Under the pieces are notes generated by a model that made no database searches, was not told the DNA's origin, and saw nothing but the letters and a program-made list of their open reading frames with translations. The position numbers and the translations under genes are program-made. DNA of 64,000 nucleotides from Carcharhinus amblyrhynchos (taxonomy: Eukaryota). Location of the stretch: the NCBI GenBank assembly GCA_965287045.1, contig OZ336883.1, forward strand, positions 39,990,001 through 40,054,000. Direction: 5' to 3'. Position 1 is the first letter of the stretch. Each line of letters begins with the position of its first letter. Of the stretch, positions 61,293 through 64,000 are shown piece after piece.

Positions 61293-62350
61293 GGGTGGAA
61301 TCCTCCCAAAAAAATTCTAAGGGTCAAATTTGTGTGAAAACTGGAGTAATTCACACTGTTACTTTCAGTGAGAATTCAGAGAAGACTCTCCGACACTCTG
61401 TGCACTGTAAAAGCTGCTAGCACGAATATCATTAAAATTCAGGGGGTAGGAACTATTCCCCACTGGAGAGGCTGAAATCAGTGCACTGAGCAGGCCACTG
61501 CACACGTGCCGATCTGTCACTGCTGAGACAGAACCGACCCAGTGAACCCCGCAACGCCTGCTCTCCACCCCATACAGATCAACCGCTGGCCCCCTGACCA
61601 TTCCCAGGGCCCAGCCCTGATGCCGTCCTCCCTCTCCCCCCGGCCCACTGTGATTTCAAGCCCACCCCACTGATTTCCCCCTCTGACAGTAACCCCCTGC
61701 CACAGTCCCAATGATTCCACCCCCCCCCACCGCAGTACCAACTAGCCCCAGGAGGCTGAGACCACCCCCCCCCCCCCCCCCAACAATCGTTAGCCTCCAT
61801 CCATCCCCCACTGATTCCAATTGCAGAGGGGCAACGAGACCCCCCCTCCCACCGATGGCCCCCCTTGGCCCTGCCTCCATCAGGCCTCACTACTTAGGTC
61901 CTGCCCCCACATGCTCAGTCCCTTATCACTGCCCCATGCCCAAGAAGCATTGGCACTTTGCCCCCTTGGGCAGTGCCAGGATGCCAATGCCCAGGGGGCA
62001 CATGCCCACCATCTGACCCTCAGGGGGGCCCTGATTGCACCCCCTTCATTCCAGCAGGATCAGGCCATTAGTTCCCCATTAGTGGGGAGCTACTTTAGTC
62101 CCCGCTAGAGTGAAACAGCCTGGCAGTTGGGAGCAGCTTGCAGGCCCGGAGATTTCAGTCCCGAGTCCATTAACCTAATTTAAAATATATCCAAATGACT
62201 ATATTCAAACGGAGCAGACACCACCGGAAATCCAGCACTGGGAGATGCTGGCAGGACGTGAATACACCTGCAAACAGCACGAATCACCTGGCCCGGGATT
62301 CTCCCAGTCCACCATGCAAAATAATTAGCGCAGCAAGATGGGAGAATCAC
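61293..62350. mobile_element. Second copy of the ~1-kb Harbinger-like non-autonomous element
   Basis: Colinear with 18292-19285 (CTCCCAAAAAA.TTCTAA; TGCCAGGATGCCAATGCCCAGGGG; CCCATTAGTGGGGAGCTACT; GATGGGAGAAT). Confidence 0.85.
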
Positions 62351-62608
62351 AAGTTTAACAATACATCATAGAAATATCCAAGGCAATCTGTGGAAGGTAC
62401 AGAAATTAGGGGATTGTTTTAAAAAAAAACAGGAATAAGGCATCAATATTACTTTACCAGACCAGCACATGGCACGTGCAGGGAAGTATAATTTTTAAAT
62501 ATATATGTAGCAAACATACTATACTAACAAAAAATGTTCGCAAATACGGTGCATGTGAAGTAAGTGAAAATAAGAGCACAATGAAAATAATATATTTGAC
62601 ATGATGTG

Positions 62609-62717
62609 TGGAATTTTCCCATTCCGTCCACCCAGCGTGGAAATTGTAGCGGGCGGGACAGAAAATTCACGGACCATGCAAAGGCCCGATGTTTCCCGAG
62701 GTGCAAAATAGTACCCA
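62609..62717. mobile_element. ~130-bp MITE family copy
   Basis: GGAATTTTCCCA...GGACCATGCA; reverse orientation to 25694-25821. Confidence 0.5.
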
Positions 62718-64000
62718 CTGAATAAGTATGTTTATTTATTCACAACATATTAATTGCTTGAGAAGAATATAGTTGCCTTCTAATCATGCCATGGTAAATT
62801 CATTGCAGCATCAATAATCACCACCCCTGCTTGCATTAGACACCACTAAAGATACAGACACTGAGGAAGAAGTGGATAATGATGTTCAGGAAGGTTTATT
62901 TGAAGCAAGACCTGCACTCATAGACGCTGGTCCTTCTGTTGCAATATTGTTAAGTCTCTTGACATGCTAGTGTAACATAGCTTAATGGGGATCCCAACTT
63001 TGAGCTACAGTGATGTTATCAAGCTGTCCAAGAAACCAATCATGTGAAACAATCCTTACAGACAGTCAACCAGGAAATGGAAATCAAATCATTTAAAAAT
63101 ATATAGCAAGTGATATAGAAATTGGGACATACATACGGAGTTAAGGAGAATCTGAAATATCATGAAGAAATGTTTAAAAATGTTCAAAAAATCCAGGAAG
63201 TAATCATAATGGGACATCTAACAACATTGCATAAAAATAAAAATAAAAATAATTTGTTCAGGGTCAGATGAGTTGTTCACCAATAGTTATTTCTCAGTTT
63301 ACTGTTGAAAACACAGTTATATCTTATTTAAAAAGACTGAGCGTCCTTTAGCATTTTGAATCAATATCAGAGCAAAAAAAAGACAATTATTCACCAAACT
63401 TTTTGATTTCACTGATTGCCAGCTCCTGGCAATGGTGATGATGGGGTTGAGTGTGAGGCAGGTGAGGTGGAGGGAGGGGGGAGGGAGCTGTTGGGGGGGG
63501 GTCTGTAGTGTACTGAAAACTGCAATGTACATTTTTCTCACTTGAGGCTACCACACATACTTGCGCTCACTTGAGGTTACCCACACACACTTGTACCAGA
63601 AGAGGGAGTCTGCAACAAGATAAATAAAAAAGGATGCCATTGTCTGTTTGTGCAGTTACAAATTCTGGGTGTCTCTGGCTGTTCTATTCCAAGAACTTCA
63701 CAATGATGACACGGCTGATGTAAAATAAGAAACATCTCTTTCAGATATGAAACCTTTTCTTCCTGCAGAGAAGACAGCATTTTAAGTTGCAGAATCAGAG
63801 GTATATACAGGCTGTATTAAATGCGCACAAGCCTGGATCTCTCGAGCAGGAAAGTTTACAACATGTGCATATATACATTGATATTACAAAATTAACCACT
63901 CTGATCAAGAAAAATTCATTAGTCTTGGGTTTTTACAGAGAAGTTTTACCACTGCATTGCTGCTGAATATGTCATTGTCTATCATCTGTACAGGCACATT

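Noticed and set aside
62818-62970. Acidic peptide DTDTEEEVDNDVQEG as an exon
   Set aside because: Upstream in-frame stop and weak splice signals; could be a transposase tail remnant but cannot be supported

Overview
Vertebrate nuclear DNA, almost certainly from a cartilaginous fish (shark). The evidence is about 24 HE1-like V-SINEs, CR1/HER1-type LINE tails, and Rex1/Babar, L2, RTE, Penelope and PIF/Harbinger relics. Much of the window is transposon-derived. The rest is AT-rich, TE-poor single-copy sequence resembling a large intron or regulatory desert. I recognise no host gene; there is one plausible coiled-coil exon (34790-34943, minus strand). Most long ORFs in the track are TE remnants or tandem-repeat artefacts. 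Main structures: (1) a decayed Gmr1-type LTR retrotransposon (integrase before RT) at ~11.6-19.3 kb with four nested insertions; (2) two near-identical young CR1 copies; (3) a 56 x 24-bp minisatellite grown out of an L2 LINE; (4) a ~525-bp insertion stitched from three inverted copies of nearby DNA; (5) a Penelope-type fragment with a hammerhead-like core; (6) a 269-bp U2-snRNA-headed retroposon with a perfect 20-bp target-site duplication, inside a solo LTR, inside a Rex1 LINE. All alignments were made by eye, family names come from recalled consensus motifs rather than database searches, and boundaries of old elements are approximate.
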